Origin: the human T2T-CHM13v2.0 reference genome, Homo sapiens
Length of the DNA: 64,000 bases
Strand: one strand, 5' to 3'
NCBI RefSeq assembly: GCF_009914755.1
Contig: NC_060933.1
The position numbers and the translations under genes were made by a program. The notes beneath the pieces are model-generated. The model ran no database searches. It saw only the letters and a list, made by a program, of their open reading frames with translations, and was not told the origin of the DNA. Shown one piece after another: positions 17,465 through 29,862 of this stretch. Position 1 is the first letter of the stretch. Each line of letters starts with the position of its first letter.

Positions 17465-19984
17465 TTTGATACTAAGAGTGGTTCTAGAGAAACGGAATTT
17501 TAAAGATGACTTTTCTAAGTTGGCTTTGGGTTTTCTGGGATTGGCTTTTTAATCTTTTTAGATTTGAATAGGCTGATGACTCTATTTCCAGTAGTAAAAA
17601 GAGCGCTGGTGGTCCATCGTGAGCAACTATTTATGGAGATTCAGTTATAATAGGTAGCTCAGGTCACATGGTTACTTACACAGCGCAAAGTCAAGCATTC
17701 TGTTTTTACTAAGGTCCAGTATCAAGGCCGAGGACCATCTTTAAAAAAAAAAAAGTTATTTGAAGAAGGTTGCAAGTCCTTGCTCCGAAAACCTAAAGGT
17801 CTGCACTGTGATTCAGCTATAGCGGCCTGCCATAGGTTCTAAACAGCATCTTTATCTACCATGGACACCTGAAGCACCCTTGGATTTGTTGAATCATACG
17901 CTCCAAGGGGCAGACCAGCTTACACAGAATACTGGACCTGCTACAGAGCCTTCCGGTATTCTGGGACCTACTCAAAACTATCAGATTTTCAGTATACACA
18001 ACTGAGTGAATTGTCTCCAAAATCCATACTGGCCCACTAGATGTTGTGTATCTTTCTTGATTGTATTAGGAGCCAGATGCAAAAACTTATCTCTCACTTA
18101 ATTTTCCCCAAATGTTCAAAAATATCCTTGCTTCTTATAAGAGGTTGATTACAAATTATCCAATGCCGATATTTCGTATACAGGGAACATTTCCCTTCAC
18201 AACCGACCTCCAGGGATGTCCTAGAGGTGAGCTGTAGTGCTACAGCTGTCCACTTTTGGGTGTTACCTGCATATTCTGCAAAACTGTATGTAAACCATGA
18301 CCAGGTCTTCTCTTTCTCTGTCAACTGATCGTAGGAAACTCCTCATGATGCCATAGGTGAGCGTTTGGAGAAATGAGGCAGTGTAGCAAGAGTGGGTACC
18401 ATGGGCATTTGGGCCTCTTCCTAATGAAACTTACTTGTGCCTTCAGGGGCTGTTCAGGCCCTATCACACACATACCACTTCCATTTGATAATGGAGTGTG
18501 CTATGCACTTCCCACTTTATGAATTTGTGGGTTAGGTATAGGCATAACTTTGGGCAGGGAACCTGGTTGTATACTTTGCTTGGGAGGAGAAATGACCAGA
18601 CATGGGATTGTGTACTGATTCATGGGCTGTAGTCAAAGTTTGGCTGGATGATCAGGGACTTGAAAGTAACATTAAAAGAAAATTGGTGACAAAGAAATTG
18701 AGTGAAAAGGTATATGGATAGATGTCTCGGAATGGGGGAAAAAACATGAAGATATTTGTGTCCCGTTTGATTGTTCACAAAAGGATGTCTCAGCAGAGGA
18801 GGATTTTAATAATCACATGGATAGAATGATCCATTCTGTGGAAACCAATCAGCTTCTTTCCTCAGTCACTCATCACTGCCCAGTGGGCTCATAAGTAAAG
18901 TGGCCATGGTGGCAGCATTGACTCAGCAACATGAATTTCTACTCACCTAGGCTAATCTGGCTTTGGTCAGTGCTGAGTGCCCATATGCCAGCAGTAGACA
19001 CCAACACTGAGCTCCTGACATAACATCATTCCCTGAGGTGGTCATCCAGGTATCTAGTGGTAGGTTGATTACACTGGACAACTTCCATCCTGGAAGAAGT
19101 GAAATTTTGTCCTTTCTGGAATAAACACTTACTCTGAATATGGATTTGCATTCTTTGCATGCAAGGCTTCTTCCAAAACAATCAGTTGTAGATTTACAGA
19201 ACACCTTCCCCACCACCACAGTATTCCACAGAGCATTGCTTCTTACCAAGAACACATTTTACAGCCAATGAAGTGCAGCAATAGGCCCATGCTCATAGAA
19301 TTCACTAGTCTTACTGTCTCCACTATCCCAAAGCAACTGGCTGAATAGATGATGGAACGGCCTTTTGAAGATTCAGCTGTAGGATCAACTAGTTGGTGAT
19401 ACCTTGCGGGTTAAGGCAAAAAGATTCCTTAGAATATCTCTTAGTATTGCCATGCTCTGTGATTAAGGTCAACGGAAAATTACAGCAACCCAATTCAGTG
19501 AGGACTACAAATAACCAACTATCAGAAATAATAGCAAAAGGAACACAGAATGGGGAGTAGAAAAGTGTAGTTTTAAATGTTAGCTACAATCACATGAGCA
19601 GTTAAGGAAATAAAACTATAATCGTGATGGGCATTTCTTTCTTATTTTGTTATGAATATATTGTGTGTATATACATGTATATTAAGTAAATGTTTTTGTT
19701 CTTTCCTCTCTTACTCCTTTAACTAGTAACATAAGATGTATTAATTTTATATCATCATTTGAGTATTGGTAATTTTAGGTCATGTGTTTAAGTTACAGGA
19801 GAATACCAGGAGAAGGGTAAAGGTCTTCAAAGACTTCATCAACTCTTCTGAAGAGATTAGTACATGTCTGGGTGTAAGCGGGATGATCCTAACATGTTAG
19901 GGAGAATTATGTGCTTGCTTTATTTAGAGATTAAGTATGGTTTAAGGAGATACATATGAATGCCAAGCTGACAAGCAGTGGACT
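17465..19984 (+). mobile_element. ERVL internal region, internally deleted (leader plus pol tether/RNase H/integrase remnants), with two inverted blocks
   Basis: Leader ...gagtggttctagag; RNase H-like EKTWSWFT...QKWTAVALQ on - strand; continuation plus integrase remnants on + strand; PPT-like gacaagcagtggact before the LTR. Confidence 0.88.
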
Positions 19985-20581
19985 TGTGATGGTTAATTTT
20001 ATGCTTCAACTTGACTGGGCTAAGAGATGCCCAAATAGCTGGTACAACTATTTCGGGGTGTGTCTGTAAGGGGGCTTCTGGAAGAGATTAGTATTTGACT
20101 AATCTAATCAGTGGACTGAATAAAGAAGATCCACTCTCACCAATGTGGACAGGCATCACCCATCCACTGGAGGCCAGGATAGGACAAAAGGGTAAAAGAA
20201 TGGTAAATTTTCTCTCTGTTCTTGAGCTGAGACATCCATCCTCTTCTGCCCTCAGACACCAGAGCTCCTTGTTCTTGGGCTTTTGAACTCCAGGACTTAC
20301 ATAATAACACCTCCCCTGTCTGACCCATGGCCTACCCTTCCCAGTTCTCAGGCCTTTGGCGTTGAACTAGGATGTACAACATCAGCTTCCCTACTTCTTA
20401 GGCCTTTGGACTCAGACTGAATGACACCAGAGGTTTTCCTGGTCCTCCACTTTGCAGATGGTATGTCATGGGACTTCTCAGCCTCCATAATTACATGAGC
20501 CAATTCTCAGACTAGATCTTCTCTTACATATCTCTATATATCCTATTGGTTCTGTTTCTCTGGAGACGTTTGACTAATATA
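19985..20581 (+). mobile_element. MLT2 (ERVL) 3' LTR
   Basis: tgtgatggttaattttatg...cctattggttctgtttctctggag...gactaata. Confidence 0.9.
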
Positions 20582-20829
20582 ATATCTAACTGATTACTTT
20601 CCATATCCACTTGCCTATCTAATATACATCTCAAATTTAACATGTTTAAACCGAGCTCTTGATTTTATAGCCTCCTCCAATCCTCCTAGCATAGTAACTG
20701 CATTACACCAAGGTAAAGAAATCATATTTTACCACATTTTTTCAATCCGCTGCCACATCAACTCTGTCATAAAATCCTATTTGTTCTACCTTCAAATTAT
20801 TCCACAATAAAACAAAACCCATTTCAGCA

Positions 20830-21570
20830 CCATCATATATAAATTGAAGTGTTGAACGCTTTCCCTTTGAGATCAGAAACAAGATATGGTTTTTTGTTAT
20901 TGTTTCCATTCTTAGCAGCTCTTTAAGCCAGGAACAAGAAATAAGAGGAAAAAGAATTGCAGATAAGGTTCCTATATACATAGAAACTCCTAAATAAACT
21001 GCTAATAAATTACTAGAATTTACAACAGAGTTAATCTAGGTTACTGAATTCAAAGCCCATTTATTCCTATATGCTAAGAACAAAGTTAGAAAAAAAACCA
21101 TTTACATTAAAAGTAAATAAGTACCTAACAGTAAATCAAACAGAAGATGTGCAAGTTTGCTTTACAGAAAAGCTTGTTAGATGCAGTAAAGAAGATCCAA
21201 ATATTTAATATTATAAAGATGTCATTTCTTTCCATTTCAATATATAGACACATTGAAACACCACATAAAATCACAAGAATACAAAAGGCCAAATTAGTCG
21301 AGACACTTAAATAAAATTATAAGAACTTCTAGATAGCAATACTTATTGCAAAGCTTTTATACTTCACACAGATCATAAGAGAATAGTTCTGGCATAGATG
21401 GACACCCCATGTGTTTCAGGATCTACATACAAGCTTGTTCACAGCGTCACTGAACATGGGCAGCTACCCAAGTGTACTAACCATGTTGTCCACTATCCCA
21501 GAGCAACTGGCTTGACAGACGATAGAATAGATAAGAATGGATGAATACTTCTAGCATATTTATAGAATGG
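20830..21570 (+). mobile_element. Degenerate L1M fragments
   Basis: gctttccctttgagatcagaaacaagat and similar ORF2-like A-rich remnants. Confidence 0.6.
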
Positions 21571-21694
21571 TGTATAGTCTCAAACAATGTTTACCTACAG
21601 AAAATGGAAAAATGATATATAAACATATATAGTTACACATTCAATACAGAATTCTTACCAAGAGTAAGTCAAAAGGCTTCTCCTCATAATGATT

Positions 21695-22136
21695 TTGTTT
21701 TCAATCACCATAGTAACAAATTACCACAAGGTTAGTGGCTTAAAACAATAAAAAGTTATTGTCTTATAGATACTGAGCTCAGAAGTCTGAAATCAGTTTC
21801 ACTGGGCAAAAATCAAAGTGTCAGCAGGTTTACTTTCTATGGCTAGAGACCACCAGCATCCTTAGCTCATGGCCCCTTCATCCATCATCAACTCCAGTAG
21901 CGTAGCATTTTAAAACCTCTGCCTGCTTCCACTGTCATATTGTCTCTATCTCTCTGATTATATCAGGCCTTCTGAGACTACATTGGATCTACCTGGGTAA
22001 TCCAGGAAAATCTCCCCTTATCAAGATAACTTAATCACACCTGCAAAGTCCTTTTCGCCACAAAACATAACATATTCACAGGTTCCAGAAATTTTAATTC
22101 AGGCATTTTTCAGGGGGCATTATTTAGTCTACTGCG
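21695..22136 (-). mobile_element. MLT1 (C/D-like) solo LTR
   Basis: gtaacaaattaccacaa...agtggcttaaaacaa...cttaatcacacctgcaaagtcc. Confidence 0.8.
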
Positions 22137-23019
22137 ATGATACATAAGATTATATTGGCTACAAAAGCACTGAAATGCTATCTTATTGAAGAGGAAATTT
22201 ATTCCAAAGCAGTTGATCAATATTTATGTGCAACTAGCAAGAAAAAATATTTCTGTTTAAAATTTTGCATTTCATCATCACTAACAAATATTAATTAGCA
22301 CCTCAGCAATGGAGAATAAAGGAGCTAACTATAGGTTCATGTCAGCTACTGGCGTCCTTTGTGTGAGTGATAATCTCATCAAATACCATTTCTAAAAATT
22401 TGATATATAAGATCCCTTTTGTGTTTATAAAACCTTAATGACTTTTTAGACCCCTACCCTCAAACTCTAACCAGTAAATTTTCTTTATGACTTTGAAATC
22501 CCTTAGTGTAGAATTTAAGAAAAAAATAATTAAAAAAAAATTTTCCCAGACAAGTGTTCTGTATAAAGGTAAAAATATATTTATGAATTCACTTTTTACA
22601 AAATTTCCAGCCGCATTTATCTATTTAGTCATTAATTTCATCATTTATATAAATATTTATTGGATGCCTACTATGTATCAGGAATTATGGCAGAATCTGG
22701 GAACACACCATGGAAAAAGGTAACATACTTACCCTTAATTTTTCACTTAAGTAGCACAGCAAGTAACGGATGAAGGTACTCTTACAATAAAAGGAGAATA
22801 AAAGGAGAATGTTTTATGCTAAGAATTTTAACAGGGATATAAACCCATCATAGCGAAAAGAGAATAAAAGAAGCCCTTGTTTCTCCCTGGGTGATTCAAT
22901 TAAGGCTTAAAGTGGAGATGACACATTAAGGTGATACCAGAATGTATGGATAGTAGTATGCCGCTGGGCAAGGCCAAGAAAGAAGTTATTCCTAACACAA
23001 AGAACAGTATGTGCTAAGT

Positions 23020-23237
23020 CAGCCTTTCTCAGCCGAGAAATGTTGTACCCAGGGAACATTTATCAATGTCTAAAGAACTAGGCAATGGCTGCTGTCACAG
23101 CTGGAGGAACAGGTGCTACTGGCATCTAGAGGGTCCAGACCAGAGATGCTGGTAAGCCTTCTACAATGCACAGAAGCACTCTCCACAATGAATTAGTCAC
23201 CCCAGAATGTTAATAGTGTCACATTTGAGAAATCTTG
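23020..23237. mobile_element. MER20 (hAT-Charlie) DNA transposon fossil
   Basis: ggtgctactggcatctag...agagatgctg...tacaatgcacag...aatgttaatagtg...tttgagaaa. Confidence 0.8.
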
Positions 23238-23863
23238 TTCTAATTTATGCAAAAGTGAGATAGCATATCATGTTGTGAAAATCACAAGAGGCTTCATTTA
23301 TGGCTGCTATTTATTGTGACCATACTATATATAGTACTGTTTGAGTATAACGGCAAGTTGAAATGAAGCTGGGGGAATGAAGTAGGGAAGCTTTAAAAAA
23401 ATAATTAGTGGGAAAATAATAAAAATTTTCATAAGGATAGGAGGAAAATGATAAAATATTATGAATAAAATATTGTCATTAAAGAAAATCCCTTCAAAAA
23501 AACTATTTAGCCATTCAGTCTAATATACACAGGTATAACATACCCATCCTCAAAGAGTACAATGTAGAGATTATATTTAGAAAAAAATATGATTTATGCA
23601 GTTACCACTATGGAAAGCTGGCTTGATTGATTATTGTATTCCAAAATTAGCATCTAAAATTCTTAGCGTCTGAATATGTATTTTGTATTATGACCTATTG
23701 TATTAGATTTATATTATTATTATTTTTAAAATATGTTTTCTTTTAACATCATATAGATAATATACTTTTTTTTTTTTTTACCAATTCCTAGTAAATTATC
23801 CCACAAACCGAAAGGTATTTTTCCGATTTGTTATTCTCATCATGTCTGTAATCACCTCTTTAG

Positions 23864-23934
23864 GAACCCAAAAGACAAAGTACTCAAGCGTCTGAGAATG
23901 TTCACGAATCACCAGATGCAATACCAGAAACATG
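23864..23934 (+). pseudogene. Candidate exon (71 nt, phase 0 to 2; EPKRQSTQASENVHESPDAIPET)
   Basis: Acceptor tcacctctttAG, donor ATG|GTAGGG, open frame, GC higher than the very AT-rich flanks. Confidence 0.4.
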
Positions 23935-26736
23935 GTAGGGTGTTTTTAATTGTTTTGCATGCTGTAGAAAAGTTTCAGAAGCCAAGTGAAGCCTGAAATT
24001 AAATTTGGGAACTTTATTATACAGTCAGCCCCCCAAAACTATCAGAATTGTGTATGTCTGGACATTGCTTTTGAAAATGCAGGAAAAATAACCTCTGTTT
24101 TAATGCACAGTCCTATTGGAAAGTAACTTGTCAATTATGCTGAATAGTGGGTGATTTTCAATGCGTAGAAAATGGACAGGGACTGACCTTAGACTCCTTG
24201 AAGCAATGAGCTCAGTTGGTTGTAAACCCAGATCCTTAGGGTGTCAAGGCGGCTGTATTACCCTCTGCATTAAGTAGCCCCTGTGTGTTTACTTTTATTG
24301 ATGCCCTATATTGTGCTTTCTCAGACAGAACTCATCAGTTGCAGGTTAGTGTCCTTGGTGTTAGAACTTTAGAAAATGTCATTGCAATTTAGGCAGCAGT
24401 GATCAAAAGTAACTATCTCATATCACCAGGAGCCAGTTCTAGTTTTTACACTAATCCAAAATAAGTAAAGAACATCATGTTCAAAGGAACTATTTTGTAC
24501 AAGATTTGACTTTTAAGTCTGATGAATTTATAGGTAAAAAATATTCCTTTTGATCTGAGTTCAGTGGTTTCTACCTCATATCTGAAAAGAGTTAGTGGAA
24601 TAGATAATAAATTAGATTGGGATGTAAAACTGAGAAGGTACAGGATAATAATTTCTCTAAAAGTTTACTCTCAGGAAAAGTCACATTCAGAAATTGTCCA
24701 GTTTCCAAACCACAGCAACCAGGCTACAGAAGGGAAAGGAGTAGAAATTTGCCATTTGTAGAAATCTTCCCTTTTGAAAATCACAATTCTGTTTCTTTAG
24801 TCATTAGGAGATCTACTCGGACATCTGCGAACTAGCTTTCACCTCTTAATTCTGATTTTCTGCTGAGGTTTTTTCTTAAGTCTATATAATCTCTTTCCCT
24901 CTAGACAAGCCCTGCAGGGCTGCCAATCTCACAAGCATCCATGCTAGTCTGGTGATGTGCCACTGACAGAAGTCTGAATATTTGGTTTCTATGGCTGGAG
25001 GTATATTATGAGGTTATTGACTTTGTTCCCTTGAGGTCAATATCAAAATATATTCAAACAAGAAATGCTGCTCAAATAAATGTAATTTTGACAAGAAATG
25101 AAAATCAATACATTATATGTGAGTATGTGGGTACACATACACACTGACATCAGTTTATATGATAAAATAAAACAATTCTGAGATGACAGTGAAGTCGTCG
25201 CACCAATACATATATCTTTTATATTTTACTGGAAAAAAGCGATAATTTGATAATCTTATCTGTAAATATTTCCAGCTCACTTACTTCTTTTATTAACAAA
25301 TTATAGCAGGACCTATGTCCTCATCTAAAAATTAAAACCAAGATCTTCCAAATGTCAGTAAGATAAGATTTAATCAATTATTTGTGGCATCACAAGTTAG
25401 TTTCTGTTGGACACTCATGCCTTTGAAATTGATCTTTTCTGAGACATTTCTCACATACTCTTAAGATTTCAATCGCTAGCAAGTTCTGAAATGTCCAAGG
25501 AGTAAGTAATTGACTAACAGTTTTAAACAAACAATAAGTAATCTTTAAGAACTGACGATAAGTGCCCTAGCTCTTGTTTTAACCACTTTCAAACAAGTGG
25601 TTACACTGTCACATCTCAATGCACTGAAATTAAATGAGAATTTCTGTATTTCTTCCTTGCCCTTGACCCCCAGCTATCAGAACAATACCTAGCTGTACGA
25701 TGAGGCTGAGAAATGTAGGCCTACTTGGGCAGTGATGTTTCTGCCATAATTCATTTTCCTGTGAAACATGGGGAGGAGGTATCTTGTTTTCACAACTAGT
25801 GGTTTCCACTACAGAACCTGTTTTTAAAATAAACAATAATTTGATCTCTTTTCTCTAAAATGCCTTATTCCATCAAGAAGTTCCATGCAAATATACTCCC
25901 CTTGAATCTGTTTCATTGGTTCATCAAGATTTTCTAAAATAAATCACTTAGGTTCCAGGCAGTCCTCCTCCTATAAAAAGCCAATAAGAGTTAAGGAACT
26001 TGGGTGCAGAAAAGTGTGAGTCAGGGGACTTGGGTTGGTTAAGCCTCCTTGCTTTAGCATTTTGAGTTTCAATTTTCCTATCTACAATGAGGTTGTTACA
26101 CTGGATAATCTCTTTGCCCCCTTTCTTTGTCTAAACTTGTAAGATTCTTAACAGAATATAAGGGGAGAATTTGCTGTGAAATGAATCAAGCCTAAAATTG
26201 AGAAAATCCTTCAGCTTATACATAAGGGAGGATACTTGCAATATTATATAGTCATAAGATTTTTCTAAACTTTGCAAAAGTAAGAAATTTTTATTGCAAT
26301 CAGTAAAATAGCTGTCTCTGCCACATTTCCCCTTGTGGTGGGAGCATTGGAGAAACGAATATTTTATATTAGAATTATTTTATATTTGGATTTCTTTTTC
26401 TTAAGGGATCCTAAAATATGAGCCTCAGGTTTCACAAAAACTGGATCCACCCCTACTTATGATGTCTATACTTTCCTTCTTTGGATAGCTTAAACATAAC
26501 GAGATATTAAAGTAGTTTACTGTATCATAATGGTAGTAATATAAATTAGAAAGAATAACCTTTTAAACGCCTTCCATTCCAAAAGTTCTTATTTGTGCAC
26601 AGAATGTTAGTTGTTTCAGATCCTATGAATCAATATTTGTATCCAAAGAGCGTTTATAATCCTAAAAGGAACTGTAAAAATGGAGAATTGTTTTCCTTTG
26701 GTTAGTGGTCTGGGTTGCTGTATCTAGGAAAATACA

Positions 26737-26750
26737 GTATCCATGGCAAC
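26737..26750. promoter_or_regulatory. RFX X-box motif GTATCCATGGCAAC
   Basis: Near-perfect match to the GTTNCCATGGNAAC palindromic consensus in unique sequence; function not shown. Confidence 0.35.
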
Positions 26751-27699
26751 TTGATGTTCGACTTATAACTTTTGAACACTTTGCTTTTTTTATTTACATT
26801 GTTATGATTTATAATCACACTAACGACCTCCCAGTTAGACATTTCCTGACCATTAATGGCAGGCTTTATTAAAGGCCTCTAGTTTCACCCGAGCCTACCA
26901 ATAGTTTCAATTGGTTATTAATGCCAAGAACATATCCAGTGTGAAGGTCATTATGGCTTAAATAATGCCTTAGAAAGTTATGCAAGGCTAGCAATTAGGT
27001 TGGCTTTTAAACGATTTTAGAAAGTCTATCTAAACACTACTATCAGAAAAAAAAAATAATAATAAAAGCCCAGCCACTGATGAAACTGAAGAAAATGTTA
27101 AAACAATTCTTTCCAGGTTGTTGAGTTTTTAAAAATAGCTTTGAGACTTTAATGATCTGCGAGTTATATATGGTCTGGAATTATTAACTTGCTTACTCTT
27201 CCTTAGTCTCCCATTAAGATTCCACCCACTCTTTTTGGAACTGTCTGCCCCAGAATGTATTACCTGCTGTGTTAATTACCTTGCAAAGTCAAGGGTATCA
27301 CTGGCCTGTTTATGTTAATTGCCCTTGGTGGTTTTACAAGTGAGAAGGAGAAGAGAGCCAAAAATTAATGTGGAAAGCTCTTGAGTTCTACTGTGAACAA
27401 TCAATTGGACCCATGTTTTAAAATTTTGAGTCATTTAATTTTTTTTTTTTTTTTTACTGTACACCATGCATGCATATATTATATGTGCATACACTATAAC
27501 ACAAAGGGCAAGGGACGATTTAGGCCACAACATATATATTTTCCTTGTTGCTCTCATTACACCTTTTAAACCACTTCAATGCACCCTCTAATATGAACCT
27601 CACACCTTTTTCCCCAAATATAAAATGTCTATAAGTTGCTCCTTTTTTAAAAATGACAACGGTCTGTACCTTGCTCTTGTTACAGCAATTTACTCTTTT

Positions 27700-28700
27700 C
27701 ATTCCTTCAAAAGCAAACTAAAACCACAGGCTATAATTACCATTGTCATGTAATTTCCTGCCTCATTCCTCAGTTCACTATAATATCCACCTCACCATTC
27801 CGCAACATCACTTCAACTAATGCTATCAAAGATACCCCGATTACCATATTGGATTGATGCTCTTTACTTCTTTTCTTGTATGACCTCTTGGATCCACTTT
27901 CAACCAGTCCATATAATCTCAATACTCTTCTTTATCACACAAATATATTACACATTATCATTTCCCTCTAATTACAAATTTCTGTCCTATATTATAGTTC
28001 CCCTCTTATTACAAATTCATTGTGGAATCCCATTCTGATCATCCTTTAAATGTTGGCATGTATAGGGATTTATTCTTTCTTCTCTTATTATTACACTTTT
28101 CCTAGATGATTTATCCTAATATCATGGGTTGAAATGCCACCTATCTTCTAATACACAATTTGAGCCCCTGGGACCCAGCTCTATATGTTTTTCCATTTCC
28201 CATATATGTACATTTGATTTTTAATCAACTTAGCATCCATTATCCTAAAACTGCTTTGCAAGTGTAAATTCTTCCTCATTGAATGATACTCCCATCTACC
28301 TACTCAGCAAAAATAAAACTACAGAAATTATCCTTCATTTCTCTTTTCCCACACCACTCATATACAATCTCCAAATCCTATAAATTGTCTCATTAACATT
28401 TCAAATATCCGCCCTAAGAGTCATGCCACTGATATTGCCTTAGTTCTATTTCTCATTATGCACAAAGTTTTTATCTGTATACACTAAGTCCATCTCAAAT
28501 ACGATAATCTTTTAAAAACATAAATCTCATCATGTTTCCCTTCTGTATAAAATATTTCAGTGACTTGACATTTGCCCATATGCTAAGTTTGAATTTATTA
28601 TCATTGCTTAAAGAATAAGTTAAATGTTAGAATGTAAGCTCTATGAGAGCAAATTCCCTGTCTTTTTATTTACCATTTTATTCTCAGTTTAGATCTAACT
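27700..28700 (-). mobile_element. L2 remnant
   Basis: Pyrimidine-rich L2-like motifs ending in ttagaatgtaagctctatgagagca. Confidence 0.55.
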
Positions 28701-29514
28701 GGATCTCACAGCAGGTGAGGCTGAACAGATGAAAAGCCTTCAAACAAGTCCACTGTTATTTCATTGGTCTACTTCACTTGTTTATCTCACCTCTTGACAA
28801 GCTCCCAATTATACCCTATTTTCCAGCTATTTTGAAGTTTCCTGAATATGCCACTTTGGATAATACTTAGGGGTTTTGCCTACTTTGCTTGGACAACTTT
28901 AAACACTGGTTCTGACTGCAAATGTTTAGTTACCTTTTAAGGTTCACTTTAAACAACACATCCTGTAAGGTCTCTGTGAAGCCATTACTCAAGTATAGTC
29001 TGCATTCCTCTAGCTAGTAATGGTGCTATTATCTTTATTACACTGTTAGACGTGTGTCTGTACAACCTATAAGAGCAGTAAATTTTTTATACATTTAAAT
29101 CTCTGTCTGTTTTGACAACAAAAGCACATTAGGATATTGTGATAAACATATGCTTGCTTTAAATAAAAAGGACATAATAAAAAATGCTAGAGTCTCAGTA
29201 GTCTAAGATTTTATGAGATATTTTTTCAGACATACACATGTATACAAAAGATGTATATGTGAACTGCATTGTAAAGTAAAATGTATTTCATACAATGGGC
29301 AAGGTCAAAAAGATTTTTTAAAGTCACACTAGATTAACATTTCTTTAAAAACAGAAACTGGGTCTATATACTTTTTATCTCTATCATAGAGCACTTTGCT
29401 AGATGCATACTAGTTTCTGAAAGGTATTTATTATTAAAATAATTATCCCTTTAAAAGCATGACTTCCAGAACCTCTGAGTAGTATCATAGTATGAGACTC
29501 GGGTGAGTTCTCCT

Positions 29515-29862
29515 TTATGGTAACAGAAAAAATGGTCCCTAAAGACGGTCACATCCTAATTCTTGGAACCTATGAATATGTTTGTTTACATGGTAAAAGG
29601 GACTTTTCAGTTGTGATTAAATAGGAATCTTGAGATGGAAAGATTTTCCTGGTTTATTAGATAAGACGAATATATAGTAATTAGAAAGGTCCTTATAAGA
29701 AGAAGAAAGAGGGTCAATGTCAGAGAGAAGCTGTGTTGCCAGAAGCAGAGATTGAAGTGATTGGCTGGAAGGTAGAGGAAGGGGCCTGAGCTAAGGAAAG
29801 CAGGTGGCCCCCATAAGCCAGGAAAGGCAAGAACAATGGATTCTCCTCTAGGACCTCCAGAG
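29515..29862 (+). mobile_element. MLT1D-like LTR (3' truncated)
   Basis: aatggtccctaaaga...cacatcctaat...ggaacctatgaatatgtt...acatggtaaaagggacttt. Confidence 0.8.
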
